A DNA stretch of 42,694 nt from an uncultured Vicinamibacteraceae bacterium (lineage in GTDB: Bacteria; Acidobacteriota; Vicinamibacteria; Vicinamibacterales; UBA8438): contig CAYGCV010000001.1 in assembly GCA_964348425.1 (NCBI GenBank), positions 1 through 42,694 on the forward strand, in the 5' to 3' direction. The position numbers were made by a program, and so were the translations under genes. Under the pieces are notes generated by a model, which saw only the letters and a program-made list of their open reading frames with translations, ran no database searches and was not told the DNA's origin. This document shows, in pieces, positions 26,593 to 35,121 of the stretch. Position 1 is the first letter of the stretch. Every line of letters begins with the position of its first letter.

Positions 26593-27471
26593 CTATAGCA
26601 GCGGGGACGGCAGGGCCCGCCGGGCGCGCAGGTAGAGGCGCAGCAGCGGAACCCACGCCGGATGGTGCTTGCGGTAGAAGGCGAGCTGGCTGCGGCGGTA
26701 GGCGGTCCGCGCGCCGGCCGGCTCGCCGGCCCCCGAGCGGCCGCGGTGGTGGATCACCGTGACCTCCGGGACGAAACGCATGCGGCGGCCCCGCCGCCGC
26801 AACGCGAGGCAGAAGTCCACGTCCTCGAAGTAGAGGAAGAAGCGCTCGTCGAGCAGGCCGACGGCGTGCGCGTCCGCGCGGCGCACGAGCAGGCAGGCAC
26901 CGCTCAGCCAGGCCGCGTCCCGCGCGCGGTGTGCGGCGGCCGCGATCCAGGCCGAGAGCCCGGGCACGCGGCGGGCCAGCAGCGCTCCCTGCAGCTTGCG
27001 CCACGCTTCGCTCCAGGGGTTGACGGGTGGTCCCCACGAGAGCTCGACGTTGCCGTCCGCGTCCGTCAGGCGCGGTCCCACGGCGGCCACGTCGGCGCGC
27101 ACGCGAAGCTGCGTGACCAGCCGGTCCACGGCCCCGGGCGGCACGAGCGTGTCGCTGTTGAGCAGCAGGAGCAGCTCGCTGTCGGTGGCCCGGATGGCGG
27201 CGTTGTTCGCCGCGGCGTAGCCGAGGTTGCGGCCCGCAGCGATGACGCGCACCGCCGGCCAGGCGGCGCGGACACGGGCGACGCTGCCGTCCCGCGAGCC
27301 GTTGTCGACCACCACGATCGTGTGGCTGCAGCGTGGGGCCGACGCATGGAGCGAGCGCAGGCACGCGTCCAGGCAGTCGCGCGTGTTGTAGCTGACGATG
27401 ATGATGACCAGCTCGGGCACGGACTGCCAGGCGAGGGTGGGCGCGGGCGCGGCTGCGCGGCATGGTAGCAC
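26593..27471 (-). CDS. Glycosyltransferase family 2 (GT-A)
   Basis: 'LVIIIVSYNTRDCLDACLRSL', 'VVDNGSRDGS', 'LLLLNSDT'. GTG start 27471. A shorter GTG 27420 start is possible. Confidence 0.85.
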   Translation of the reverse strand: MLPCRAAAPAPTLAWQSVPELVIIIVSYNTRDCLDACLRSLHASAPRCSHTIVVVDNGSRDGSVARVRAAWPAVRVIAAGRNLGYAAANNAAIRATDSELLLLLNSDTLVPPGAVDRLVTQLRVRADVAAVGPRLTDADGNVELSWGPPVNPWSEAWRKLQGALLARRVPGLSAWIAAAAHRARDAAWLSGACLLVRRADAHAVGLLDERFFLYFEDVDFCLALRRRGRRMRFVPEVTVIHHRGRSGAGEPAGARTAYRRSQLAFYRKHHPAWVPLLRLYLRARRALPSPLL

Positions 27472-27520
27472 AGGGCGGCGCGCGTGCTATCGTTGAGGGT
27501 TTCGTGAAGGGGCGGCGTCG

Positions 27521-28816
27521 ATGAACATCGCGGTGGTGGGCACCGGTTACGTCGGGCTGGTCGTCGGGGCATGCCTCGCCGAGAACGGCAACGAGGTGGT
27601 CTGCGTCGACAGCGACGAGGCCAAGATCCGGGCGCTCGACGAGGGCTGCATCCCGATCTACGAGCCGGGGCTCGACGAGCTCGTCCGCCGCAACCGGGGC
27701 ACGGGGCGGCTCGCGTTCAGCCCGCTGCTGGCCCCGGCCGTCGAGACGTCGGAGATCGTGTTCATCGCGGTCGGGACCCCGGCGGAGGAGGACGGCGCGG
27801 CCGACCTGAGTCACGTGCTCGACGTGGCCCGGGACATCGCGCGGGCCCTGCGCGGCTACACGCTGATCGTGGCGAAGAGCACCGTGCCGCCCGGCACGGC
27901 CGCCCGCCTGCGCGAGGTCGTCGGCCGCGAGACCACGCAGGCGTTCAGCGTCGTCAGCAATCCGGAGTTCCTCAAGCAGGGCGCGGCCATCGAGGACTTC
28001 ATGCGGCCCGACCGCGTCGTGATCGGCGCCGACGACCCGCGGGCGGCGGAGATCATGCGGTCGCTGTATGCCCCGTTCACGCGCACGGGCGCCCCCATTC
28101 TCGTCATGGACTGCGCGAGCGCCGAGCTGAGCAAGTACGCCGCGAACGCGATGCTGGCCACGCGCGTGTCGTTCATGAACGAGATGGCCAACGTCTGCGA
28201 GCGGTTCGCGGGCGACATCGACCAGGTCCGCCGCGCGGTCGCGGCCGATAGCCGCATCGGGCCGGCGTTCCTCTTCGCCGGCGTGGGCTACGGCGGAAGC
28301 TGCTTTCCGAAGGATGTCCGGGCCCTTGCCACGCTCGCCCGCGACAGGGGCTATCAGTGCCGGATCCTCGAGGCGGTGCAGGCGGTCAACGCGGCACAGA
28401 AGCTGCGGCTGGTCGACAAGATGGTGGCGCACTTCACGTCGCTCGAGGACCGGACGATCGCACTCTGGGGGCTGGCGTTCAAGCCGAAGACCGACGACAT
28501 GCGCGAGGCCCCGTCGATCGCCATCGCCGCGGCCGTGCTGGAGCGGGGCGGCCGCGTCGTGGCCTACGACCCCCAGGCCGGGCGCACGGCCCGCCGGGTG
28601 CTGGACGCGCGCGTCGCCTACGCGGCGACCGCCTACGGCGCGCTCGAGGGCGCGGACGCGCTGGCCATCGTGACCGAGTGGAACGAGTTTCGGGAGCCCG
28701 ACTTCGCACGCATGCGCGCCCTCATGCGGTCGCCGACCGTCTTCGACGGTCGCAATCTGTTCACGGCGGAGCGGATGCGCGCCGCGGGCTTCACCTACGT
28801 CTCGATAGGGAGGTAA
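27521..28816 (+). CDS. ugd: UDP-glucose 6-dehydrogenase
   Basis: 'MNIAVVGTGYVGLVVGACLA', catalytic Cys 'GYGGSCFPKD', 'LAFKPKTDDMREAP'. Confidence 0.92.
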   Translation: MNIAVVGTGYVGLVVGACLAENGNEVVCVDSDEAKIRALDEGCIPIYEPGLDELVRRNRGTGRLAFSPLLAPAVETSEIVFIAVGTPAEEDGAADLSHVLDVARDIARALRGYTLIVAKSTVPPGTAARLREVVGRETTQAFSVVSNPEFLKQGAAIEDFMRPDRVVIGADDPRAAEIMRSLYAPFTRTGAPILVMDCASAELSKYAANAMLATRVSFMNEMANVCERFAGDIDQVRRAVAADSRIGPAFLFAGVGYGGSCFPKDVRALATLARDRGYQCRILEAVQAVNAAQKLRLVDKMVAHFTSLEDRTIALWGLAFKPKTDDMREAPSIAIAAAVLERGGRVVAYDPQAGRTARRVLDARVAYAATAYGALEGADALAIVTEWNEFREPDFARMRALMRSPTVFDGRNLFTAERMRAAGFTYVSIGR

Positions 28817-29802
28817 TGGGCGCCGTCCTGGTGACCGGCGGGGCGGGGTACATCGGGAGCCACGCGGCCCGCGCGCTGCGCGCGGCGGGCCGCGACGTGG
28901 TCGTGCTCGACAGCCTGCAGGCCGGGCATCGCGAGGCGGTGCGCGGCCTGCCCCTGGTGACGGCCGACATCGCCGACACGGCCGCGGTCCGCGAGACGAT
29001 CCGCCGCTATCGCGTGACCGCCGCGATGCACTTCGCGGCGCTGCTCTCGGTGGGCGACTCGGTGGCCGCGCCCGCCCGCTACTACGAGAACAACGTCTGC
29101 GGGACGCTGGCGCTGCTCGATGCGCTGGTCCGCGAGTCGGTCGGGCTGCTGGTGTTCTCGTCGACCGCGGCGGTCTACGGCGAGCCGCTCCGGACGCCGA
29201 TTGCCGAGGACCACGCCACGCGGCCGATCAACGCGTACGGCGAGACCAAGCTGGCCGTCGAGCGGGCGCTGCCGCACTACGAGCGGGCGTACGGCCTGCG
29301 TTCCGTGCGCCTGCGGTACTTCAATGCGGCCGGCGCCGACCCGCGCGGTCGGATCGGCGAGGATCACCGTCCCGAGGAGCATCTGATTCCGTGCGCGCTG
29401 GCGGCGGCGACGGGCGGGCCGCCGCTGGTCGTCTTCGGCGACGACTACGCCACCGCGGACGGCACCTGCCGCCGGGACTACGTGCACGTCTCCGACCTGG
29501 CGGCCGCGCACGTCCTCGCGCTCGCGGCGCTCGAGGCGGGCAAGCCGTCGGGCGTCTACAACCTCGGGAACGGACGCGCCTTCTCGGTGCGCGACGTCGT
29601 CGCGGCCGTCGAGCGCATCGCGGGCAGACGCGTGCGCCACGAGCTGGGGCCCCGGCGTCCGGGCGACCCGGCGGTGCTGCTGGCCTCGAGCGCGCGCGCG
29701 CGGTCGGAGCTGGGCTGGGAGCCGATCTACGAGGAGCTCGACGTGATCGTCGAGACGGCCTGGCGCTGGCATCGGTCGCATCCGCGCGGGTACGCGTCGT
29801 GA
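28816..29802 (+). CDS. galE: UDP-glucose 4-epimerase
   Basis: Track ORF 28357..29802 trimmed to ATG 28816 (TAATG overlap with the ugd stop). 'VLVTGGAGYIGSH', 'YGETKLAVE', 'RYFNAAGA', 'DYATADGTCRRDYVHVSDLA'. Confidence 0.9.
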   Translation: MGAVLVTGGAGYIGSHAARALRAAGRDVVVLDSLQAGHREAVRGLPLVTADIADTAAVRETIRRYRVTAAMHFAALLSVGDSVAAPARYYENNVCGTLALLDALVRESVGLLVFSSTAAVYGEPLRTPIAEDHATRPINAYGETKLAVERALPHYERAYGLRSVRLRYFNAAGADPRGRIGEDHRPEEHLIPCALAAATGGPPLVVFGDDYATADGTCRRDYVHVSDLAAAHVLALAALEAGKPSGVYNLGNGRAFSVRDVVAAVERIAGRRVRHELGPRRPGDPAVLLASSARARSELGWEPIYEELDVIVETAWRWHRSHPRGYAS

Positions 29803-31523
29803 ACCAGCTCCGCCGGCTGTATCGCTACGGCTACCCCCATCGCGGCCGTTTCTGGGGCGCCGCGGTCGCCATGCTGGCCTACGCGGCGGCCTCCGGCGGC
29901 TTGCTGTACCTGTTCAAGCCGATCATCGACGACGTGCTGCCCACCCGCACCGGGCTCGCCTGGGTCATGTCGGCCATCATCGGTCTCAGCGTCTGCAAGG
30001 GGCTCGCGGCGTACTTCTCCGTCTACCTGATGACCGACGTCGGCGAGCGGCTGGTCCGCGACCTGCGGAGCCGTCTGTTCGGCCACATCCTGGCCCAGTC
30101 CGCGGGGTTCTTCGCCCGCACCAGCACGGGTGCGCTGATGTCGCGGATCACGAACGACGTCGGCCGCATCCAGCACGCGGTGGCGCAGACGCTGGGCGAT
30201 CTGCTGCGCGAGTCGGTGACCCTGCTCGTGTACGCCGGGATCCTGCTGTATCTCGACACGGGACTGGCCCTCGTCTGCATGACGGGCGCTCCGGTCGTCG
30301 TCTACCCGCTGGCGTGGCTGGGCCAGCGCGTCCGGCGCACGACGCGGCGCGGCCAGGAGGAGCTCGAGCACCTGTCCCACATCACCGCGGAGGCGTTCGC
30401 GGGCCACCGCATCGTCAAGGCGTTCGCCGGCGAGCCCTACGAGCGGCAACGGTTCGATCGGGCCTCCGGGCGGTTGTACCGGACGAACATGAAGGTCACC
30501 GGCTGGGTGTCGATGCTCCCGCCGCTCATGGAGTTGCTCGGGGCCGCCGGCATCGTCGGCGTGCTGTGGTACGGCAGCCGGGAGATCGCCGCCGGCGACC
30601 TCACCTCGGGCGATTTCGGTTTGTTCATCGGCGCCATGCTGTCGATGTACGGGCCGATACGGAAGCTCAGCCGCGTGAACGCCGGCATCCAGCAGGCGAT
30701 CGCGGCGGCCGAGCGGGTGTTCGAGACGCTCGACACGCGCAGCGAGGCGGCCGACCGGGCGGGCGCGCGGCCGCTGCCGCGGCTGCGGCGGTCGATCGAG
30801 TTCCGGGAGGTCAGCTTCAGCTACGGCGACGGGGGCGGGACCGTGCTGGACCGGGTCTCGTTCGACGTGCCGGCCGGCCAGGTCGTGGCCCTCGTGGGCC
30901 TGAGCGGCGCGGGCAAGACGACGCTGGTCAATCTCGTGCCGCGCTTCTACGAGGTCACCGGCGGGACGATCGCCATCGACGGCGTCGACATCCGCGACGT
31001 GACGCTCGAGTCGCTCCGCTCGCAGATCGGCATCGTCACGCAGGACACCGTGCTGTTCGACGATACGATCGGCAACAACATCGCGTACGCGTCGCCGGCG
31101 GCGTCGCGCGGGATGGTGGAGGCAGCCGCGCGCGCGGCGCATGCGCACGAGTTCGTCGAGATGCTGCCGGCAGGCTACGACACGCTGATTGGCGACCGCG
31201 GCCAGCGGCTGTCCGGCGGGCAGCGCCAGCGCGTGGCCATCGCCCGCGCGCTGCTGCGGAACTCGCCCATCCTGATCCTGGACGAGGCCACCTCGGCGCT
31301 CGACGCCGAGTCGGAGCACCTCGTGCAGGACGCGCTGGCGCGGCTGATGCTGAACCGGACGGCCTTCGTGATTGCGCATCGCCTGTCGACCGTGCGCCGC
31401 GCCGACCGCATCGTCGTGCTCGACCGCGGACGGGTGCGCGAGACCGGGCATCACGAGGAGCTGCTCGCCGCCGCCGACAGCCTGTACGCCAAGCTCTACT
31501 CGCTGCAACTGCTAGGACGATGA
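29799..31523 (+). CDS. msbA: ABC exporter, fused permease/ATPase (MsbA/PglK-like lipid or lipid-linked glycan flippase)
   Basis: Track ORF 29391..31523 trimmed to GTG 29799 (GTGA overlap with the galE stop). Six-TM N-domain, Walker A 'GLSGAGKTT', signature 'LSGGQRQR', Walker B 'ILILDEATS'. Confidence 0.85.
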   Translation: MNQLRRLYRYGYPHRGRFWGAAVAMLAYAAASGGLLYLFKPIIDDVLPTRTGLAWVMSAIIGLSVCKGLAAYFSVYLMTDVGERLVRDLRSRLFGHILAQSAGFFARTSTGALMSRITNDVGRIQHAVAQTLGDLLRESVTLLVYAGILLYLDTGLALVCMTGAPVVVYPLAWLGQRVRRTTRRGQEELEHLSHITAEAFAGHRIVKAFAGEPYERQRFDRASGRLYRTNMKVTGWVSMLPPLMELLGAAGIVGVLWYGSREIAAGDLTSGDFGLFIGAMLSMYGPIRKLSRVNAGIQQAIAAAERVFETLDTRSEAADRAGARPLPRLRRSIEFREVSFSYGDGGGTVLDRVSFDVPAGQVVALVGLSGAGKTTLVNLVPRFYEVTGGTIAIDGVDIRDVTLESLRSQIGIVTQDTVLFDDTIGNNIAYASPAASRGMVEAAARAAHAHEFVEMLPAGYDTLIGDRGQRLSGGQRQRVAIARALLRNSPILILDEATSALDAESEHLVQDALARLMLNRTAFVIAHRLSTVRRADRIVVLDRGRVRETGHHEELLAAADSLYAKLYSLQLLGR

Positions 31524-31537
31524 TCAAGATGATCAAG
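31520..31537 (+). repeat. Perfect 9-bp tandem duplication (ATGATCAAG x2) of the yicC start
   Basis: Read directly. Gives 'MIKMIK' and two in-frame ATGs; the first overlaps the msbA stop. Confidence 0.9.
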
Positions 31538-32416
31538 TCGATGACCGGCTTCGCCTCGCTGGCGCACGACGACGAGCAGGTCAACCTGACCGTCACGGTG
31601 CGCAGCGTCAACCATCGCTATCTGGATGCGCACGTGCGCGTGCCGGCGGCCTTCGCCGAGCTCGAGCAGGATCTGCGCGGGCTCGTGCAGCAGCACGTGG
31701 CGCGCGGCCGGGTGGAGCTGACGCTGACCGCGCAGCTCAAGATCGACTCGCCCGTCGAGGTCGATCTGAACGAGAGGCTGGCGGAGGCGCTGGTGGCCGC
31801 GGCGGAGCAGGCGCGCCTGCGCGGCTGGGTCGAGGCGGGGCTGACCGCCGGGGAGCTGCTGCGGTATCCCCGGGCGGTGACCGTCCGGGAGCTGCCCGCC
31901 GACCGGGAAGCGTGGCAGGCCGTCTGCGCGCGCGTGGCCGATGCCGTCGGCGAGGCGCTCGGCGACCTCGACCGCATGCGCCGCCGCGAGGGCGAGTTCC
32001 TGCGCACCGACCTGGCCGAGCGCGCGGCCGCGCTCGGGTCGCTCGTGGACCGGATCGTGGCGGACGCCGAGACCGGCGCCGACGCGCTGAAGGCACGGCT
32101 GGCGGCCAGGATCGAGGACCTGGGCGGCGCGGTCCAGGCCGAGCCGGAGCTCGTGGCGCAGGAGCTCGTCAAGTGGGCCGCGCGCTCGGACATTCACGAG
32201 GAGGTGGCGCGGCTGCGGGGCCACCTCGAGCACCTGGCCGAGCTGGCGGAGGGGCCGGCGCCGTGCGGGCGGAAGCTCGATTTTCTCGTGCAGGAGATGA
32301 ACCGCGAGATCAACACGATCGGATCGAAGGCGGAGGGCCGCGAGACGGGCGCGCTCGTGGTGGCCGCGAAGGCGGAGGTCGAGCGGCTCCGCGAGCAGAT
32401 CCAGAACGTGGAATAG
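31520..32416 (+). CDS. yicC: YicC-family stress-induced protein/endoribonuclease
   Basis: Track ORF 30314..32416 trimmed to ATG 31520 (ATGA overlap with the msbA stop; second ATG at 31529). 'MIKSMTGFA', 'SVNHRYLD', C-terminal 'LDFLVQEMNREINTIGSKA'. Confidence 0.88.
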   Translation: MIKMIKSMTGFASLAHDDEQVNLTVTVRSVNHRYLDAHVRVPAAFAELEQDLRGLVQQHVARGRVELTLTAQLKIDSPVEVDLNERLAEALVAAAEQARLRGWVEAGLTAGELLRYPRAVTVRELPADREAWQAVCARVADAVGEALGDLDRMRRREGEFLRTDLAERAAALGSLVDRIVADAETGADALKARLAARIEDLGGAVQAEPELVAQELVKWAARSDIHEEVARLRGHLEHLAELAEGPAPCGRKLDFLVQEMNREINTIGSKAEGRETGALVVAAKAEVERLREQIQNVE

Positions 32417-32427
32417 TGGAACAGGGG

Positions 32428-33057
32428 ATGCGGCGGGGTCTGCTGTTCATCGTGTCGGCGCCGTCCGGGACCGGCAAGACGACGCTCGTGGCGCAGTTGG
32501 TGAAGACGGTGCCGGACCTCGTGGTGTCGAGGTCGTACACGTCGCGCCCGCCCCGGCCGGGCGAGGCGGACGGCGTCGACTATAATTTCGTCGACGACGA
32601 CCGGTTCACGGCGCTGGTCGACGCGGGCGGCTTCCTCGAGTGGGCGACGGTGTTCGGCTGCCGCTACGGCACCGGCCGGGAGGAAACCGAGCGCCAGCGC
32701 CGCGCGGGGCGCGACGTGGTGCTCGTCATCGACGTGCAGGGCGCCCGGCAGGTGCGCGAGCACTGCCCGGACGCCATCGCGATCTTCGTGCTGCCGCCGT
32801 CGTTTCGCGTGCTCGAGCAGCGCCTCCGCCAGCGCAGCGGCGGCGACGTCGGCGAGCGGCAGATCAGGCGGCGGCTCGACACGGCGCGCCGCGAGGTGGC
32901 CGCGTCGGGGGCCTACGCCTACCTAGTCGTGAACGACCACGTCGACCGCTGCGTGGCGCAGCTTCGCAGCATCGTCCTGGCCGAGCGCGCCCGGACGCCG
33001 GCGGTCGACGACACCGTGACCGACATCGTGGCCGCGTTTCGCGCCCCGGACGGGTAG
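32428..33057 (+). CDS. gmk: Guanylate kinase
   Basis: Track ORF 31912..33057 trimmed to 'MRRGLLFIVSAPSGTGKTTL'. 'SRSYTSRPPRPGEADGVDYNFV', 'LEWATVFGCRYGT'. Confidence 0.93.
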   Translation: MRRGLLFIVSAPSGTGKTTLVAQLVKTVPDLVVSRSYTSRPPRPGEADGVDYNFVDDDRFTALVDAGGFLEWATVFGCRYGTGREETERQRRAGRDVVLVIDVQGARQVREHCPDAIAIFVLPPSFRVLEQRLRQRSGGDVGERQIRRRLDTARREVAASGAYAYLVVNDHVDRCVAQLRSIVLAERARTPAVDDTVTDIVAAFRAPDG

Positions 33058-33075
33058 GAACACCGGGCCAGACAA

Positions 33076-34299
33076 ATGGCAGCGGTCGCACTGGGCATCA
33101 CCGGCGGCATCGGCGCCTACAAGTCGGTGGACGTGGCCCGCCGCCTGCAGCAGGCCGGCCACGAGGTGACCGCGGTCATGACGGAGTCGGCCTGCCGCTT
33201 CGTCGGACCGCTGACCTTCGAGGCCATCACGCGGCGGCCGGTCGTCACCGACCAGTTCGCGCCCGGCGCCAACGCCGACATCGAGCACATCGCGCTGGCG
33301 TCCGGCATCGAGCTGCTCGTCGTGGCGCCGGCGACGGCCAACGTGATCGGCAAGTTCGCGAACGGCATCGCGGACGATTTCCTGTCGTCGCTGTATCTCG
33401 CGACCCGCGCCCCGGTGCTCGTCGCGCCGGCCATGAACAGCAACATGCTCGCGCACGAGGCGGTCCAGCGGAATTTGGCGACGCTGGCGGGGCGGGGCGT
33501 GCACCTGGTCGAGCCGGGCGACGGCTATCTGGCCTGCGGCTGGATCGGCAAGGGCCGCCTGGCCGAGCCCGCGGAGATCGTCGCGGCCGCCGAGGCGCTG
33601 CTGCGTCCCGCGGGGAGCCTGGCCGGGCGCTCGCTGCTGGTGACGGCCGGTCCGACGTACGAGGATGTCGATCCGGTGCGCTATCTGGGCAACCGCTCGA
33701 CGGGGCGCATGGGCTTCGCGGTCGCCGCCGAGGCGCTCGCCCGCGGGGCGTCCGTGCGGCTCGTGGCCGGGCCGACCGAGCTGGAGCCGCCGGCGGGCGC
33801 CGAGGTGACCCGCGTCCGCAGCGCCCGCGAGATGCACGCGGCGGTCATGGAGCGGGTCGCCGGGGCCGATGCCGTGGTGATGGCGGCGGCCGTGGCGGAC
33901 TACGCGCCGGCCGGGGGCGCGCGCCCGGGGAAGATGCCCAAGGGTGCGGACCTGATGCTCAGCCTGAGCCGCACGCCCGACATCCTGGCCGAGCTCGGCG
34001 AGCGGCGGGCGGGGGCGGCCGTCCCGGTGCTGGTAGGATTCGCGGCCGAGACGGCGGACCTCGTCGCGCGCGCCCGGCGGAAGCTGGAGGCGAAGCGGCT
34101 CGATCTCGTGGTGGCCAACGACGTGTCGCGACCCGACCGCGGGTTCGCGGTCGAGACGAACGCGGCGACGCTGGTGAGCGCCGCCGGCACCGAGGACGTG
34201 CCGCTGGGTCCGAAGCGGGCGCTCGCGGCGGCGCTCCTGGACCGTGTCGAAGCCTTGATTGCGTCAGCGGCAGGCGCGCCCCACGGGCAGGCGCGATGA
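33076..34299 (+). CDS. coaBC: Bifunctional phosphopantothenoylcysteine decarboxylase / phosphopantothenate-cysteine ligase
   Basis: 'ITGGIGAYKSVDVARRL', 'LVVAPATANVIGKFANGIADD', 'PAMNSNM', 'LLVTAGPTYEDVDPVRYLGNRSTGRMG'. Confidence 0.92.
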   Translation: MAAVALGITGGIGAYKSVDVARRLQQAGHEVTAVMTESACRFVGPLTFEAITRRPVVTDQFAPGANADIEHIALASGIELLVVAPATANVIGKFANGIADDFLSSLYLATRAPVLVAPAMNSNMLAHEAVQRNLATLAGRGVHLVEPGDGYLACGWIGKGRLAEPAEIVAAAEALLRPAGSLAGRSLLVTAGPTYEDVDPVRYLGNRSTGRMGFAVAAEALARGASVRLVAGPTELEPPAGAEVTRVRSAREMHAAVMERVAGADAVVMAAAVADYAPAGGARPGKMPKGADLMLSLSRTPDILAELGERRAGAAVPVLVGFAAETADLVARARRKLEAKRLDLVVANDVSRPDRGFAVETNAATLVSAAGTEDVPLGPKRALAAALLDRVEALIASAAGAPHGQAR

Positions 34300-35117
34300 A
34301 GCGCTCCGAGGAGCTGGCCGAGCACCTGAAGTACTTCTCGGAGCTGGGTGTCGCCGGCGTGAGCCGGGACCGCGCGTGGCGCGTCCGGCCGGCCGACGCG
34401 GACGCCGAGGCCGCCGCCGGGCCCGCGCAGCCAGCGGCCGCCGAGCCTCCGCCCGCGGACAACCCGGAGCCTGCACCCGCCCGCGCGCCCGCGGCGGCCG
34501 CCGCCGGGCAACCCTTCGAGATTTCGATGTTCGATCAGGTGGCCGTGCCCGAGGCGGCGACGGCCGCGGATCGCCTGCGCCTGATTCGCGAGGAGCTGGG
34601 CGACTGCACGCGCTGCGGGCTGCACGCAGGCCGGAAGACGCTGGTCTACGGCGTGGGCAATCCCGACGCGGCGCTCATGTTCGTGGGCGAGGCGCCGGGC
34701 CGCGACGAGGATCTGCAGGGCATCCCGTTCGTCGGCCGGGCGGGCCAGTTGCTGACCCGCATCATCGAATCGATCGATCTCCGCCGCGAGGACGTGTACA
34801 TCGCCAACGTGATCAAGTGCCGGCCGCCCGCCAACCGGAACCCGACGCCGGAGGAGGTCCGCACGTGCGAGCCGTTCCTGTTCGCGCAGGTCGACGCGAT
34901 TCGGCCGCGCGTCATCGTGGCCCTCGGCACGTTCGCGGCCCGTACCCTGCTGCGGACCGAGGATCCCATCTCGAGGCTGCGCGGCCGCGTCTTCGACTAT
35001 CGCGGGGCGCAGCTCGTCCCGACCTTTCACCCGGCCTTCCTGTTGCGGAGCCCTGACCGCAAGCGCGACGTGTGGGAGGACATGAAGAAGATTCGGGCGA
35101 TGCTTCGAGCAGGGTAG
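34296..35117 (+). CDS. Family-4 uracil-DNA glycosylase (Fe-S type) with N-terminal extension
   Basis: C-terminal part of track ORF 32640..35117. ATG 34296 overlaps the coaBC stop (ATGA). 'CTRCGL', motif A 'GEAPGRDED', 'VIKCRPP', 'CEPFL', motif B 'HPAFLLR'. Confidence 0.9.
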   Translation: MKRSEELAEHLKYFSELGVAGVSRDRAWRVRPADADAEAAAGPAQPAAAEPPPADNPEPAPARAPAAAAAGQPFEISMFDQVAVPEAATAADRLRLIREELGDCTRCGLHAGRKTLVYGVGNPDAALMFVGEAPGRDEDLQGIPFVGRAGQLLTRIIESIDLRREDVYIANVIKCRPPANRNPTPEEVRTCEPFLFAQVDAIRPRVIVALGTFAARTLLRTEDPISRLRGRVFDYRGAQLVPTFHPAFLLRSPDRKRDVWEDMKKIRAMLRAG

Positions 35118-35121
35118 GGGC

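Noticed and set aside
25319-28432. 1037-aa minus-strand ORF, the largest in the track
   Set aside because: It runs out of frame through the GT4 and GT2 genes and antisense through ugd, all of which have clear catalytic motifs. Its composition (R/P/A/G runs) is typical of shadow ORFs.
33058-33075. Expected rpoZ between gmk and coaBC
   Set aside because: The gap is only 18 bp and no ORF fits. The absence is real in this window but probably means rpoZ is encoded elsewhere, so it is not evidence of a deletion or a novel feature by itself.
32640-34295. N-terminal 550 aa of the 825-aa track ORF ending in the uracil-DNA glycosylase
   Set aside because: This part overlaps gmk and coaBC in another frame and is Arg/Gly/Ala-rich junk. 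The UDG-like sequence begins at ATG 34296, which forms an ATGA overlap with the coaBC stop.
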